DNA from: an uncultured Actinomycetota bacterium
Lineage (GTDB): Bacteria; Actinomycetota; Actinomycetes; Mycobacteriales; CADCTP01
Length of the DNA: 64,000 nucleotides
Direction: 5' to 3'
NCBI GenBank assembly: GCA_963714145.1
Contig: OY970235.1
Span: 6,737,722 to 6,801,721, forward strand
Each line of letters begins with the position of its first letter. Within the stretch, counting starts at the first letter, position 1. A program made the position numbers and the translations under genes. Below the pieces are notes generated by a model. That model saw only the letters and a list, made by a program, of their open reading frames with translations, did no database searches and had not been told where the DNA came from. Of this stretch, positions 46,264 through 55,107 are shown piece by piece.

Positions 46264-47246
46264 CGATCGACCTGTGCCTCCGATTCCAGAATCTCGGCGA
46301 CGGCATCCAGCGCATGCTCGGCGGTCCGAATGACGCTCACACCGGGATTGCCGACCATTGCCCGTCCCCAGCTCGTCGAGTCGACCACGGTCTGGGAAAG
46401 CAACACGGGACGGCCGTGCTCGACCGCCAGGCGGGCCTGGATCCGGGCTCCGCTAGTCTCCCCTGCTTCTACGACGATCGTTGCCCGGCCGTACGCGCTC
46501 ATCACGGCATTGCGCATGGGAAACGAGTGTTTGGTCGGCGGAGCGGACGGCCAGAACTGCGACAGCACGAGACCATCCTCGCCAATTCGATGCTGGAGCG
46601 ATGCGTTCGCCGCTGGATAGCAACGTTCGATACCGGTGCCGATCACGGCTACCGTGCGGCCACCCGCCTCCATCGCTGCGCGATGGGCGGCAGTGTCGAT
46701 GCCTAGCGCCAAACCCGACACGACCGACAATGAGCGTTCAGCCAGTCCTCTGCTGATGTCGGTCGCGAGCGCCACCCCTCGATCAGAGGCATCCCGTGAG
46801 CCGACAACGCAGACACCGACATCGTCGCCCGTGAATCTGCCGTAGCTGAACACCACTGGCGGCATCTGATGGACGTCGCGAAGACGGGAAGGATAGCGGG
46901 CGTCCATGAACGTCAGGAAGTCAAACGACGCGCTCTCCCAGCGACAGACATCCGCCCGGGCCTCTACCAGCACAGGGTGATCATCAGCGATAGGATCGAA
47001 GAGGTCACCCGTCACGGTGCGGGACCAGACCTCACGCGCACTGCCCGCCTCGGCGACCAGGGCCGTGATCTCCGGCCAACTGAGGCGCTCGGGACGTGCC
47101 CGCAGCAACGCAACCAGCGCTGCCCGCTCCTCGCCGTCCCGATCGGCACCCACGGCGCCCAGCCTACGGTCTCCACCCCACGAACGACTGACGACGGCGC
47201 CCGGTGACCAGGGATCCGTCGAACGGGCTGCCCGACTGCCTGCCAT
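46239..47246 (-). CDS. DprA/Smf-like Rossmann (SLOG-type) protein
   Basis: VCVVGSRDASDRGVALATDISRGLAERSLSVVSGLALGIDTAAHRAAMEAGGRTVAVIGTGIERCYPAAN...FPMRNAVMSAYGRATIVVEAGETSGA is the DprA core. Confidence 0.85.
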   Translation of the reverse strand: MAGSRAARSTDPWSPGAVVSRSWGGDRRLGAVGADRDGEERAALVALLRARPERLSWPEITALVAEAGSAREVWSRTVTGDLFDPIADDHPVLVEARADVCRWESASFDFLTFMDARYPSRLRDVHQMPPVVFSYGRFTGDDVGVCVVGSRDASDRGVALATDISRGLAERSLSVVSGLALGIDTAAHRAAMEAGGRTVAVIGTGIERCYPAANASLQHRIGEDGLVLSQFWPSAPPTKHSFPMRNAVMSAYGRATIVVEAGETSGARIQARLAVEHGRPVLLSQTVVDSTSWGRAMVGNPGVSVIRTAEHALDAVAEILESEAQVDRWLTLAKQ

Positions 47247-47266
47247 CGCGACACCACCCTCGAACT

Positions 47267-47282
47267 TCGAACGTATGTTCGA
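47267..47282. promoter_or_regulatory. LexA (SOS) box, actinobacterial type TCGAAC-N4-GTTCGA
   Basis: TCGAACGTATGTTCGA, both hexamers perfect, 21 nt upstream of the DprA-like ATG (47246). An extra TCGAAC half-site lies at 47260-47265. Confidence 0.7.
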
Positions 47283-47585
47283 TTATACCTTGGCGAATCG
47301 ACCGACAGCAGTGGCGCACCTCGCGGCGCCCCCACCGTCTGGTTGCCCCTCCTGGACGATCTCGCTCAAGCCCGCCGTCGTGGTCACGCAGACCGGTGCC
47401 GACTGGCCGCCCTGCGTGGTGTACCGAGGCGGTCGGCGGCTGTGCATTCGGCCGGGGTCGGGATCCGCCGCCGGCCGGTTAGCTACTGCTTCACCCAGAA
47501 ACGTGACATCGTGATCGGGCCGGTTGCCGGTCGTACGACGGCCGGAATAATTGGCCAACGTCGCTTGACGCGGCAATAGCTGGGT

Positions 47586-48353
47586 TTGTCGAAGCCGCTC
47601 GCCTGGGTAGCGACCCGGGGCGGGGCGGCGGGATCTGACATGGTGGTCGGTATGGTGGATTCCGGCCCGGCTCGGCCCGCGCTGTCCAGGTCTGGGCATG
47701 ATCTTGATGTTGGCGGCACCGGGCCCGGTGCCGCTGGTTGGCTGGCGGTCACCGCGACGGCATACGTTCTGCTCCATCATGTCGGCACCGCCCTCGGCTG
47801 GCTCGGCAGCGTTGGTCTCACCCGATGGGCGGACTGGGTGGATCTCGGCACGCCGTACGCCGTGGTGCTGTCCGCCGGAATTGGCCTGGCCCGCTCCGGG
47901 CGGGCCGGTGCGTGGGTGTGGGGCGTCTATGCGGTCGGGGCGGTGACCTACGTCGAGGGGCACGGAATCCATCTGGCCGCGAACTCGATCGGCAATGTCG
48001 CACCTGGGCCGGCTGCGCATTTCTGGGACGAGACGGCCGGCCATTACCTTTGGCAGGCCGGCTGGATCCTGGTGCTCGCCGCGTTGACCGCGGTGTTCGC
48101 CGGCCGTCCCGCACCGCGGGGGCCCTGGCCCTATTGTCTGGCGGCCGCGTTAGGCGTGACGGCCGCGACAAATACGCTGGAAGGTGGCACGGCAGCGCTC
48201 GGCCTCTTGTCGGCTCTCGCCTTTGTCGCAGCCGGCTGGATGACACGTCGCGGAACCGGGCGCCTGCTCCTGTTGGCGTACGGGCTCAGCTTGTTGATCC
48301 TGGTCGGCTACGGGCTCTGGCAGCAGGGCTTCCCGCAACCCTCGCAGCTGTAG
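47586..48353 (+). CDS. hypothetical polytopic membrane protein
   Basis: About 7 hydrophobic helices; no motif recognised. The start may be at 47640. Confidence 0.5.
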   Translation: MSKPLAWVATRGGAAGSDMVVGMVDSGPARPALSRSGHDLDVGGTGPGAAGWLAVTATAYVLLHHVGTALGWLGSVGLTRWADWVDLGTPYAVVLSAGIGLARSGRAGAWVWGVYAVGAVTYVEGHGIHLAANSIGNVAPGPAAHFWDETAGHYLWQAGWILVLAALTAVFAGRPAPRGPWPYCLAAALGVTAATNTLEGGTAALGLLSALAFVAAGWMTRRGTGRLLLLAYGLSLLILVGYGLWQQGFPQPSQL

Positions 48354-48391
48354 CTGGCCTTGCCCGGCCGGCGGCGAAGCCCGGCTGGTGG

Positions 48392-48868
48392 TCACGGCCG
48401 GTGCTGGTCGAAGAACTCGCGGAGCAGGGCGGCGCATTCGGTTTCCAGGATGCCGGGGATGACCTCGGGGCGGTGGTTCAGGCGGCGGTCGCGGACGACG
48501 TCCCAGAGGGAGCCCACGGCGCCGGCCTTGGGGTCGGTGGCGCCGTAGATGAGGCGGTCGACGCGGGCCAGGACCAGGGCGCCGGCGCACATCGTGCAGG
48601 GCTCCAGCGTGACCACCAGGGTGCAGCCGGTCAGCCGCCATGACCCGACGGCGAGGGCGGCCCGGCGCAGGGCGAGGATCTCGGCGTGCGCGGTCGGATC
48701 GGCGGCGCGCTCCCGCTCGTTGGCGGCCTCGGCCAGCACGGCGCCGGACGGTCCGATGACCACCGCGCCCACCGGCACGTCCCCCGCCGCGCCGCCGGCA
48801 TCCGCCTGGGCGACGGCCAGCGCCAGGCGCATCCAGTCGCGGTAGCGGGCCGGGGCGGGAGCGGTCAC
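48392..48868 (-). CDS. tadA: tRNA-specific adenosine deaminase
   Basis: GTG at 48868 with GGAGG upstream. HAEILALR...TLEPCTMCAGAL CDA zinc motifs. Confidence 0.9.
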   Translation of the reverse strand: MTAPAPARYRDWMRLALAVAQADAGGAAGDVPVGAVVIGPSGAVLAEAANERERAADPTAHAEILALRRAALAVGSWRLTGCTLVVTLEPCTMCAGALVLARVDRLIYGATDPKAGAVGSLWDVVRDRRLNHRPEVIPGILETECAALLREFFDQHRP

Positions 48869-48941
48869 GAGCCGGCCCTCCTGCGCGCGGAGCGTTTCCG
48901 TGCGGTGCCGCGGAGCGCGGCGGGCCGCCGGGCTGGCCGGG

Positions 48942-49430
48942 TCACACGCCGAGCCGGAGAGCTTCGAGTTCGTCCAGGCAGCCGGCACGCTCGCAGAGCT
49001 CGGTGATCACGTCGGCGGGCAGGTTGCCCTCGTGCGCGCACAGGGCGAGCAGTGCCCGGGCCGGGGTGCCCAGGTCGGCGAGCAGGTCGGGGGCGCCGAG
49101 CGGTTCGGCGTCGTAGCCGAGGTCGGAGTCCGAGTCGGGGTCGGGGTCGGCTGTTCCGGCCGCGGCCGCCAGCATGGCCACGGTCAGGTAGTCGGCGGCG
49201 GCGCGGCGATCGGAGACGAAGACGCGCGGCTCCTCGGCGCCCGCGTCGACCCGGACGATCGCCACGTACTCGTCGTCCTCCTCGACGAACAGCACCGTGC
49301 TGCTGGCGTCCGGGTCGACGTCCCGGATCAGTTCGGCGAGGTCGTCGAGGTCGTCCACGCCGTCGAGGTCGACCTCGTGGGCGGCCCATCCATCGGGTGT
49401 GCGGGCGAGAGCGGCGGCAAAGTAGGCCAC
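48942..49430 (-). CDS. tRNA adenosine deaminase-associated protein
   Basis: Acidic 162 aa protein directly upstream of tadA. Matches the actinobacterial family as recalled (AYFAAALARTPDGW...VLFVEEDDEYVAIVR). Confidence 0.6.
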   Translation of the reverse strand: MAYFAAALARTPDGWAAHEVDLDGVDDLDDLAELIRDVDPDASSTVLFVEEDDEYVAIVRVDAGAEEPRVFVSDRRAAADYLTVAMLAAAAGTADPDPDSDSDLGYDAEPLGAPDLLADLGTPARALLALCAHEGNLPADVITELCERAGCLDELEALRLGV

Positions 49431-49547
49431 GTCCTTCCTCCGGCTGATCGGCGGGCGGGCAATCGGCGGGTAGCGGGACAGGTAGGCGGCGGGACAGGTC
49501 GGCGGCGGGAGCGGTGGGCACCGGATCGGGTCGGCCCGGCGGGACGG

Positions 49548-50027
49548 TCAGGCGGGAGCGTCGACGACCTTCGCGTACTCGTCGCCGACCCCGATCCGGC
49601 GGGCGATCAGGGTCAGCATCTCGTCCGCGTAGAGGTCCAGGTCGTCGAGGATCATGCCGAGGTCGCGTTCGTCCAGGCCGAGGTCGGCGAACATGCCCAG
49701 ATCCCCGGCCGGCCATACTTCGTCAAGTTCCTCGTCGGCGGGCACGTCCTCACCGAGGAGTTCGACCGCCTGCCGGGCCAGGTCCCAGTCGACCGCCGCG
49801 GTCGCGTCGGACAGCAGCACCCGCAGTTCCCCGGTCGGGGCCAGCCGCAGCGCGACGAAGAACTCGTCATCGACGTCGAGCAGCGCGAACGGGCCGCCCT
49901 CCTTGGGCTGCTGGCGCAGTGCCGCCACGCAGTGGTCCAGGTCGCTGAGTACCGCCGGCGGCAGCAACGCGCACTGCCAGCGTTCTCCCTCGCGGTACAC
50001 CGTTACCGCGAAGCCGTCCTCCGCCAT
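49548..50027 (-). CDS. paralogue of the tRNA adenosine deaminase-associated protein
   Basis: ATG at 50027. Same layout (FAVTVYREGERWQCALLP...ALLDVDDEFFVALR...LGMILDD) as the neighbouring gene. Confidence 0.55.
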   Translation of the reverse strand: MAEDGFAVTVYREGERWQCALLPPAVLSDLDHCVAALRQQPKEGGPFALLDVDDEFFVALRLAPTGELRVLLSDATAAVDWDLARQAVELLGEDVPADEELDEVWPAGDLGMFADLGLDERDLGMILDDLDLYADEMLTLIARRIGVGDEYAKVVDAPA

Positions 50028-50331
50028 CCGGAACCCTCGCAATCTCCACGCGGATCGTGGCAGACCGGCGACCACCCGGCATAGGGGAGTTCCCCGGTCG
50101 CGTGCCACCCCTAACCCGCTGACCACTGCGCGCAACAGTCAGTGACTGTACGTGTTCCACTCGTCCGAGGTGCCGTTGACATTCCGTGCCGGGCCGGCCA
50201 AGCATCGTAGCTACCGCCTGTCCCGCAGGGGGGTGCGGCACCGAGCGAGCGGACGGGTCCGTGGCGCGACCGGGCAGCACACCGGCGCCGGAACCCGGAG
50301 ACGACGACGCGCTGCCGGGAGGAGCAAGGCA

Positions 50332-51446
50332 ATGAGCACCAGCGAGAAGTACGTCATTCCGGTGGAACTGCGGACCTGGGACATAGCGGCCACCGGCGCC
50401 GCCCGCTTCAACTGGGACTACGACGACGGCCGCGACCAGCTCCTCAGCCTTTACCAGAAGGGCAAGGACAAGCAGTGGGACGCGATCCACCGGATCGACT
50501 GGGAGCTCGACGTCGACCCGGACGACCCGTTGGGCATGCCCCCGCTGGCCAACCCGATCGCCACCTCCCGCACCTGGGAGCGGATCCAGGACGACCCGAA
50601 GGCGGTCGGCGAACTGCGCCAGCACCAGGCGGCCTGGCAGTTCAGCCAGTTCCTGCACGGCGAGCAGGGCGCGATGATCTGCTCGGCCCGGATCGTGGAG
50701 TCGGTGCCCGACCTCGACGCCAAGTTCTACGCGGCCACCCAGACGATGGACGAGGCCCGGCACGCCGAGACCTACGCGCGGTTCCTGCAGGAGAAGATCG
50801 GCCTGGTCTACCCGATCAACCCGGACCTGAAGGCGCTGCTCGGACGACACCCTGTCCGACTCCCGCTGGGACATGCCCTACCTCGGCATGCAGGTGCTGA
50901 TCGAAGGGCTGGCGCTGGCCGCCTTCGGCGTGCTGCGGGACATGACGACCACGCCGCTGCCCAAGCAGATCCTGGCGTACGTGATGCAGGACGAGGCCCG
51001 GCATGTCGCGTTCGGACGGATCGCGCTGCGGGACTACTACCGCGAGCTGACCGACGGCGGAGCGGCGACGAGCGCGAGGAGTTCGTCGTCGAGGGCTGCT
51101 ACCTGATGCGGGACCGGTTCCGCGGCCAGGAGATCTGGGACCTGCTCGGCTACGACCGGGCCGACTGCGAGGAGGCGGTCCGCACCTCGCCGTTCATGCA
51201 GGCGTACCAGGCGCTGCTGTTCAGCCGGATCGTGCCGTGCGTGCAAGGACATCGGCCTGTGGGGCCCGAAGGTCCAGCAGGCGTACGTGGACATGGGCGT
51301 GCTGGACATGGCCGGGGTCAACCTGGACGAGCTGATGGCCGCAGGACGAGAGCCTGGCCGAGCAGGTGGACGCGGAGAAGCGGGAGTTGGCCGGCCGCCG
51401 GGCCGAGGTGGACAAGGTGATCTCCATCGGCGACGCCGCTGGCTGA
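50332..51446 (+). pseudogene. ferritin-like diiron-carboxylate protein gene, interrupted by about 5 single-base indels at 4 sites
   Basis: The coherent protein sense (QFLHGEQGAM, MDEARHAETYARF, MPYLGMQVLIEGLALAAF, MQDEARHVAFG, EREEFVVEGCYLMRDRF, KDIGLWGPKVQQAYVDMGV, AEQVDAEKRELAG) hops between frames at about 50842, 51056-51066, 51244 and 51344. Confidence 0.7.
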
Positions 51447-51592
51447 CCCGGACCGGCCGGGCCGGGCGTCGCGCTCCCCCCGCCACCAGCCGGCTAGCAC
51501 CCAGTCGGGAGGACGGGTAGCCGGGTAGCCGGGTGGCCCGTCCGCCCAGCACACTGACCCGCACCCGGTCGACCAGTCACTCAGTGCACTCA

Positions 51593-51652
51593 GATCCATT
51601 CGGACGGTTACCAACCGTCAGGTGGAATGGATCACAGCGGCGCGCCGTGATC
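51593..51652. promoter_or_regulatory. nested and overlapping palindromes upstream of hpnC
   Basis: GATCCATTC-g-GACGGTT-acc-AACCGTC-aggtg-GAATGGATC (51593-51633), overlapping GATCAC-agcggcgcgcc-GTGATC (51630-51652). Located 70-130 nt upstream of the hpnC ATG at 51722. Confidence 0.5.
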
Positions 51653-51721
51653 ATTACTGGCCACCCAGGTGTAACGTCCGCGCAGGAATATCGTTAGTGA
51701 CGGGAAGTCTTCCCTCTGGCG

Positions 51722-52639
51722 ATGGATGCCGCCTCATCGGAACCCGCTCCCGCCCCGGCACGCCGCGGCGGCGGTGACGCGCAATCCCCGTTGCGGCGCG
51801 GACCCGAGGAGATCGCGGCGCAGGCGTCCGGCGAGAACTTTCCGGTGGCGCTGAAGCTGCTCCCGAAGGACGCCCGTCGTCATCTTCAGTCGATCTATGG
51901 TTACGCACGGTTCGTCGACGACATCGGCGACGAGGCGCCCGGCGACCGGCTGCGGCTGCTCGACGCGGTTGCCGCCGACCTCGACCGGCTCTACGCGGGC
52001 CGGCCGCCCACGCTGCCGGTGCTGGCCGCGCTGGCCCCGACCGTCCGCGCGAAAGAGCTCCCGGAGCAGCCGTTCCGGGATCTCATCCAGGCGAACCGGG
52101 TCGATCAGCGGGTGACCCGCTACCAGACCTGGGCCGACCTGGTCGGCTACTGCGAGCTGTCGGCGAACCCGGTCGGCCGGCTGGTCCTGCACGTGGCCGG
52201 CCGGGCCACCCCCGGCCGGATCGCCCAGTCCGACGACGTCTGCACCGCCCTGCAGGTGATCGAGCACCTGCAGGACATCGGCGAGGACCACCGGGCCGGC
52301 CGGATCTACCTGCCCCAGCAGGATCTGGCCGAGTACGGCGTCACCGACGCCGACCTGGCCGCCGGTTCCGCCAGCCCGGCGGTACGCGGTCTCGTCGCCT
52401 ACGAGGCGCGGCGGGCCGCTCGGCTGCTCGACTCCGGCCGTCCGCTGGTCGCCAGCCTGCACGGCTGGGCCCGGCTGGCGGTCGCCGGGTACGTCGGCGG
52501 CGGGCGGGCCGCCGTAACCGGAATTGCGGGTGTGCACTTCGACACGCTGCGGCAGGCTGTACATCCGTCTCGCCGGCACGTGATCGTCGAGACGGTGCGC
52601 CTGGTCACCGCCCCGGCCAGGTTCAGGAGGCCCGCGTGA
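51722..52639 (+). CDS. hpnC: hydroxysqualene synthase / squalene synthase HpnC
   Basis: ENFPVA...YGYARFVDDIGDE...QDIGED: trans-isoprenyl diphosphate synthase head-to-head family. First gene of the hopanoid operon. Confidence 0.85.
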   Translation: MDAASSEPAPAPARRGGGDAQSPLRRGPEEIAAQASGENFPVALKLLPKDARRHLQSIYGYARFVDDIGDEAPGDRLRLLDAVAADLDRLYAGRPPTLPVLAALAPTVRAKELPEQPFRDLIQANRVDQRVTRYQTWADLVGYCELSANPVGRLVLHVAGRATPGRIAQSDDVCTALQVIEHLQDIGEDHRAGRIYLPQQDLAEYGVTDADLAAGSASPAVRGLVAYEARRAARLLDSGRPLVASLHGWARLAVAGYVGGGRAAVTGIAGVHFDTLRQAVHPSRRHVIVETVRLVTAPARFRRPA

Positions 52640-53517
52640 CATTTGCCATTCCCGGCCGCAGCAGCGTCGAGCGGGCCTACGAGCAGTGCGAGCAGATCAC
52701 CAAAGCCGAGGCGAAGAACTTCTCCTACGGCATCCGGCTGCTGCCCCGGCCCAAGCGGCGGGCGCTGTCGGCGGTCTACGCGTTCGCCCGCCGGGTGGAC
52801 GACATCGGCGACGGCACGCTGCCGGCGGCGGAGAAACTGGCCGCGCTGGACGAGGCCCGGCACGCGGTGCTGAACCCGCAGCAGCACCCGGGCGACCCGG
52901 TGCTGGTCGCGCTGGCCGACGCCGCGCAGCGGATGGCGTTGCCGCTGAAGGCGTTCACGGAGCTGGTGGACGGCTGCGAGATGGACGTCCGGGGCACCCA
53001 CTACCGGACCTTCGCCGACCTGGACCGGTACTGCCGGTGCGTGGCCGGCTCGATCGGCCGGCTCTCGCTGGCGGTCTTCTCGCCCAGCCCGGACGCCGAG
53101 GCGGTCCGGCTGGCCGACCGGCTCGGGGTGGCCCTGCAGTTGACGAACATCCTGCGGGACATCCGGGAAGACTTCCTGAACGGCCGGGTCTACCTGCCCC
53201 AGGAGGATCTGGACGACTTCGGCGTGACGCTGACCCTGGCCGAGGACGGCCGGCTGGACCCGCAGGGCGGCCGGCTGGTCGACCTGGTCCGCCGCGAGGT
53301 GGCCCGGGCCCGCGAACTCTACGACGACGGCCTGGGGCTGCTGCCGCTGCTGGACCGGCGCAGCGCGGCCTGCTGCGGCGCGATGGCCGGCATCTACCGG
53401 CAACTGCTGGACGTGATCGACGCCGACCCGGAACGGATCTGCCTGGGCCGGACCTCGCTGAGCCGGGAGGCGAAGCTGGCCGTCGCGGCCCGCGCGCTGC
53501 TGCGGCGGTCCGCATGA
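52636..53517 (+). CDS. hpnD: presqualene diphosphate synthase HpnD
   Basis: GTGA overlap with hpnC. KNFSYGIRLLP...YAFARRVDDIGDG...NILRDIRED. Confidence 0.85.
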   Translation: MTFAIPGRSSVERAYEQCEQITKAEAKNFSYGIRLLPRPKRRALSAVYAFARRVDDIGDGTLPAAEKLAALDEARHAVLNPQQHPGDPVLVALADAAQRMALPLKAFTELVDGCEMDVRGTHYRTFADLDRYCRCVAGSIGRLSLAVFSPSPDAEAVRLADRLGVALQLTNILRDIREDFLNGRVYLPQEDLDDFGVTLTLAEDGRLDPQGGRLVDLVRREVARARELYDDGLGLLPLLDRRSAACCGAMAGIYRQLLDVIDADPERICLGRTSLSREAKLAVAARALLRRSA

Positions 53518-55046
53518 CGACGACCGATTCGGCCCCGCCGGCAGGCGCGCCGACCACCCCCCGCCCGGTCGAGCCCCGCTCCGGTCAGCCCCGCGCCGCC
53601 GAAGCTCGCGCCGCCGAACCCCGCGCCGCCGAGCCGCGGGCCGCCGAGCCCGGGCACGGCGCGGACCGGCGCCGGCCGCACGCGGTGGTGATCGGCGGCG
53701 GGCTGGCCGGGATCACCGCGGCGCTCGGCCTGGCCGACGCGGCCGTCCCGACCACGCTGCTGGAGCGGCGGCCCCGCCTCGGCGGGGCGACCACCTCGTT
53801 CCAGCACGGCGAGCTGACCGTCGACAATGGACAGCACGTCTTCCTGCGCTGCTGCACGGAGTACCGCGCGCTGCTGCGCCGGCTCGGCGTGGCCGGCCAG
53901 GTAACCCTGCAGGACCGGCTGGATGTGACCGTGCTGGCGCCCGGCGGGGTGCGCGCCCGGCTGCGCCGTGACCCGCTGCCGGCGCCGGCGCACCTGACCT
54001 CCGCGCTGGCCGGCTACCGGCACCTGACCCCGCTGCAGCGGGCGAAGGTGGTGCGCGGCGCGCTGGCGCTGCGCCGCCTGGACCCGGCCGACCGCTCGCT
54101 GGACACCCGGACGCTGGGCGATTTCCTCGCCGCGCACGGGCAGAGCGAGCAGATGCTGGCCGCCTTCTGGGACGTGTTCGCGATCGCCACGCTGAACCTG
54201 CCGGCCCGGCAGGCCTCGCTGCAGACGGCGGCCAAGGTGTTCCGCACCGGCCTGCTGGACACCGCGGACGCCGGTGACATCGGCTGGTCCGCGGTCCCGC
54301 TGGGCGACCTGCACGGCACCGCCGGGCTGCGCGCGCTGACCGCGGCCGGGGTGGCCACCCGCACCCACGCCGTGGTCCGCGGGGTCGAACCGACCGGCGA
54401 CGGCTGGCTGGTGCACACCGAGGCCGACGGTCCGATCCGGGCCGACACGGTGGTGCTCGCGGTCCCGGCGGCGGACGCGGAGAAGCTGCTGCCGCCCGGC
54501 GCGCTGCCGGCGCCGGAACGGCTGGCCGCGCTGGGCGCCTCGCCGATCGTGAACGTGCACGTGATCTACGACCGGCCGGTGCTGCCGGTACCGCTCGCGG
54601 CCGCCGTCCGGTCGCCGGTGCAGTGGGTGTTCGACCGGACCGGACCGTCCGGCCTCACCGACGGGCAGTACCTCGCGGTCTCGGTGTCCGCGGCGGACGG
54701 CTGGATCGACCGGCCGACCGCGGAGATCCGGGAGACGTTCCTGCCCGCGCTGGCCGGCGTACTGCCGGGCGCCCGGCACGCGCGGATCCGGGAGTTCTTC
54801 GTGACCCGCGAGCGGCGGGCCACGTTCCGGCAGCGGGTGGGCAGCGCGGCCCTCCGGCCCGGGCCGGCCACCGCGCTGCCTGGTCTGGTGCTGGCCGGCG
54901 CCTGGACCGACACCGGTTGGCCGGACACCATGGAGAGCGCCGTCCGAAGTGGACGGTCCGCCGTCCGGGGCGCCCTCGACCACCTCACCCGCACCTCGCC
55001 GACCCGGCGCGGCGCGGCCGACAGACGAGGGGGAAGTGCCGCATGA
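53514..55046 (+). CDS. hpnE: hydroxysqualene dehydroxylase HpnE (FAD amine-oxidase family)
   Basis: ATGA overlap with hpnD. VVIGGGLAGITAALGLAD dinucleotide fold. N-terminal in-frame repeat AAEARAAEPRAAEPRAAEP. Confidence 0.8.
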   Translation: MTTTDSAPPAGAPTTPRPVEPRSGQPRAAEARAAEPRAAEPRAAEPGHGADRRRPHAVVIGGGLAGITAALGLADAAVPTTLLERRPRLGGATTSFQHGELTVDNGQHVFLRCCTEYRALLRRLGVAGQVTLQDRLDVTVLAPGGVRARLRRDPLPAPAHLTSALAGYRHLTPLQRAKVVRGALALRRLDPADRSLDTRTLGDFLAAHGQSEQMLAAFWDVFAIATLNLPARQASLQTAAKVFRTGLLDTADAGDIGWSAVPLGDLHGTAGLRALTAAGVATRTHAVVRGVEPTGDGWLVHTEADGPIRADTVVLAVPAADAEKLLPPGALPAPERLAALGASPIVNVHVIYDRPVLPVPLAAAVRSPVQWVFDRTGPSGLTDGQYLAVSVSAADGWIDRPTAEIRETFLPALAGVLPGARHARIREFFVTRERRATFRQRVGSAALRPGPATALPGLVLAGAWTDTGWPDTMESAVRSGRSAVRGALDHLTRTSPTRRGAADRRGGSAA

Positions 55047-55107
55047 GAACACCCCACGAAAACGCTCCGCGCGCAGAGCGCACTCCACGTTTCCGTGGGG
55101 GTCCCGC

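Noticed and set aside
55047-55107. An imperfect long hairpin (CCCCACGAAAACG...CGTTTCCGTGGGG) between hpnE and the prenyl synthase gene, considered as an internal terminator.
   Set aside because: It sits within a tightly packed operon, has a mismatch and no T-tract. It may simply be an mRNA-stabilising or processing structure. Not enough evidence to annotate.
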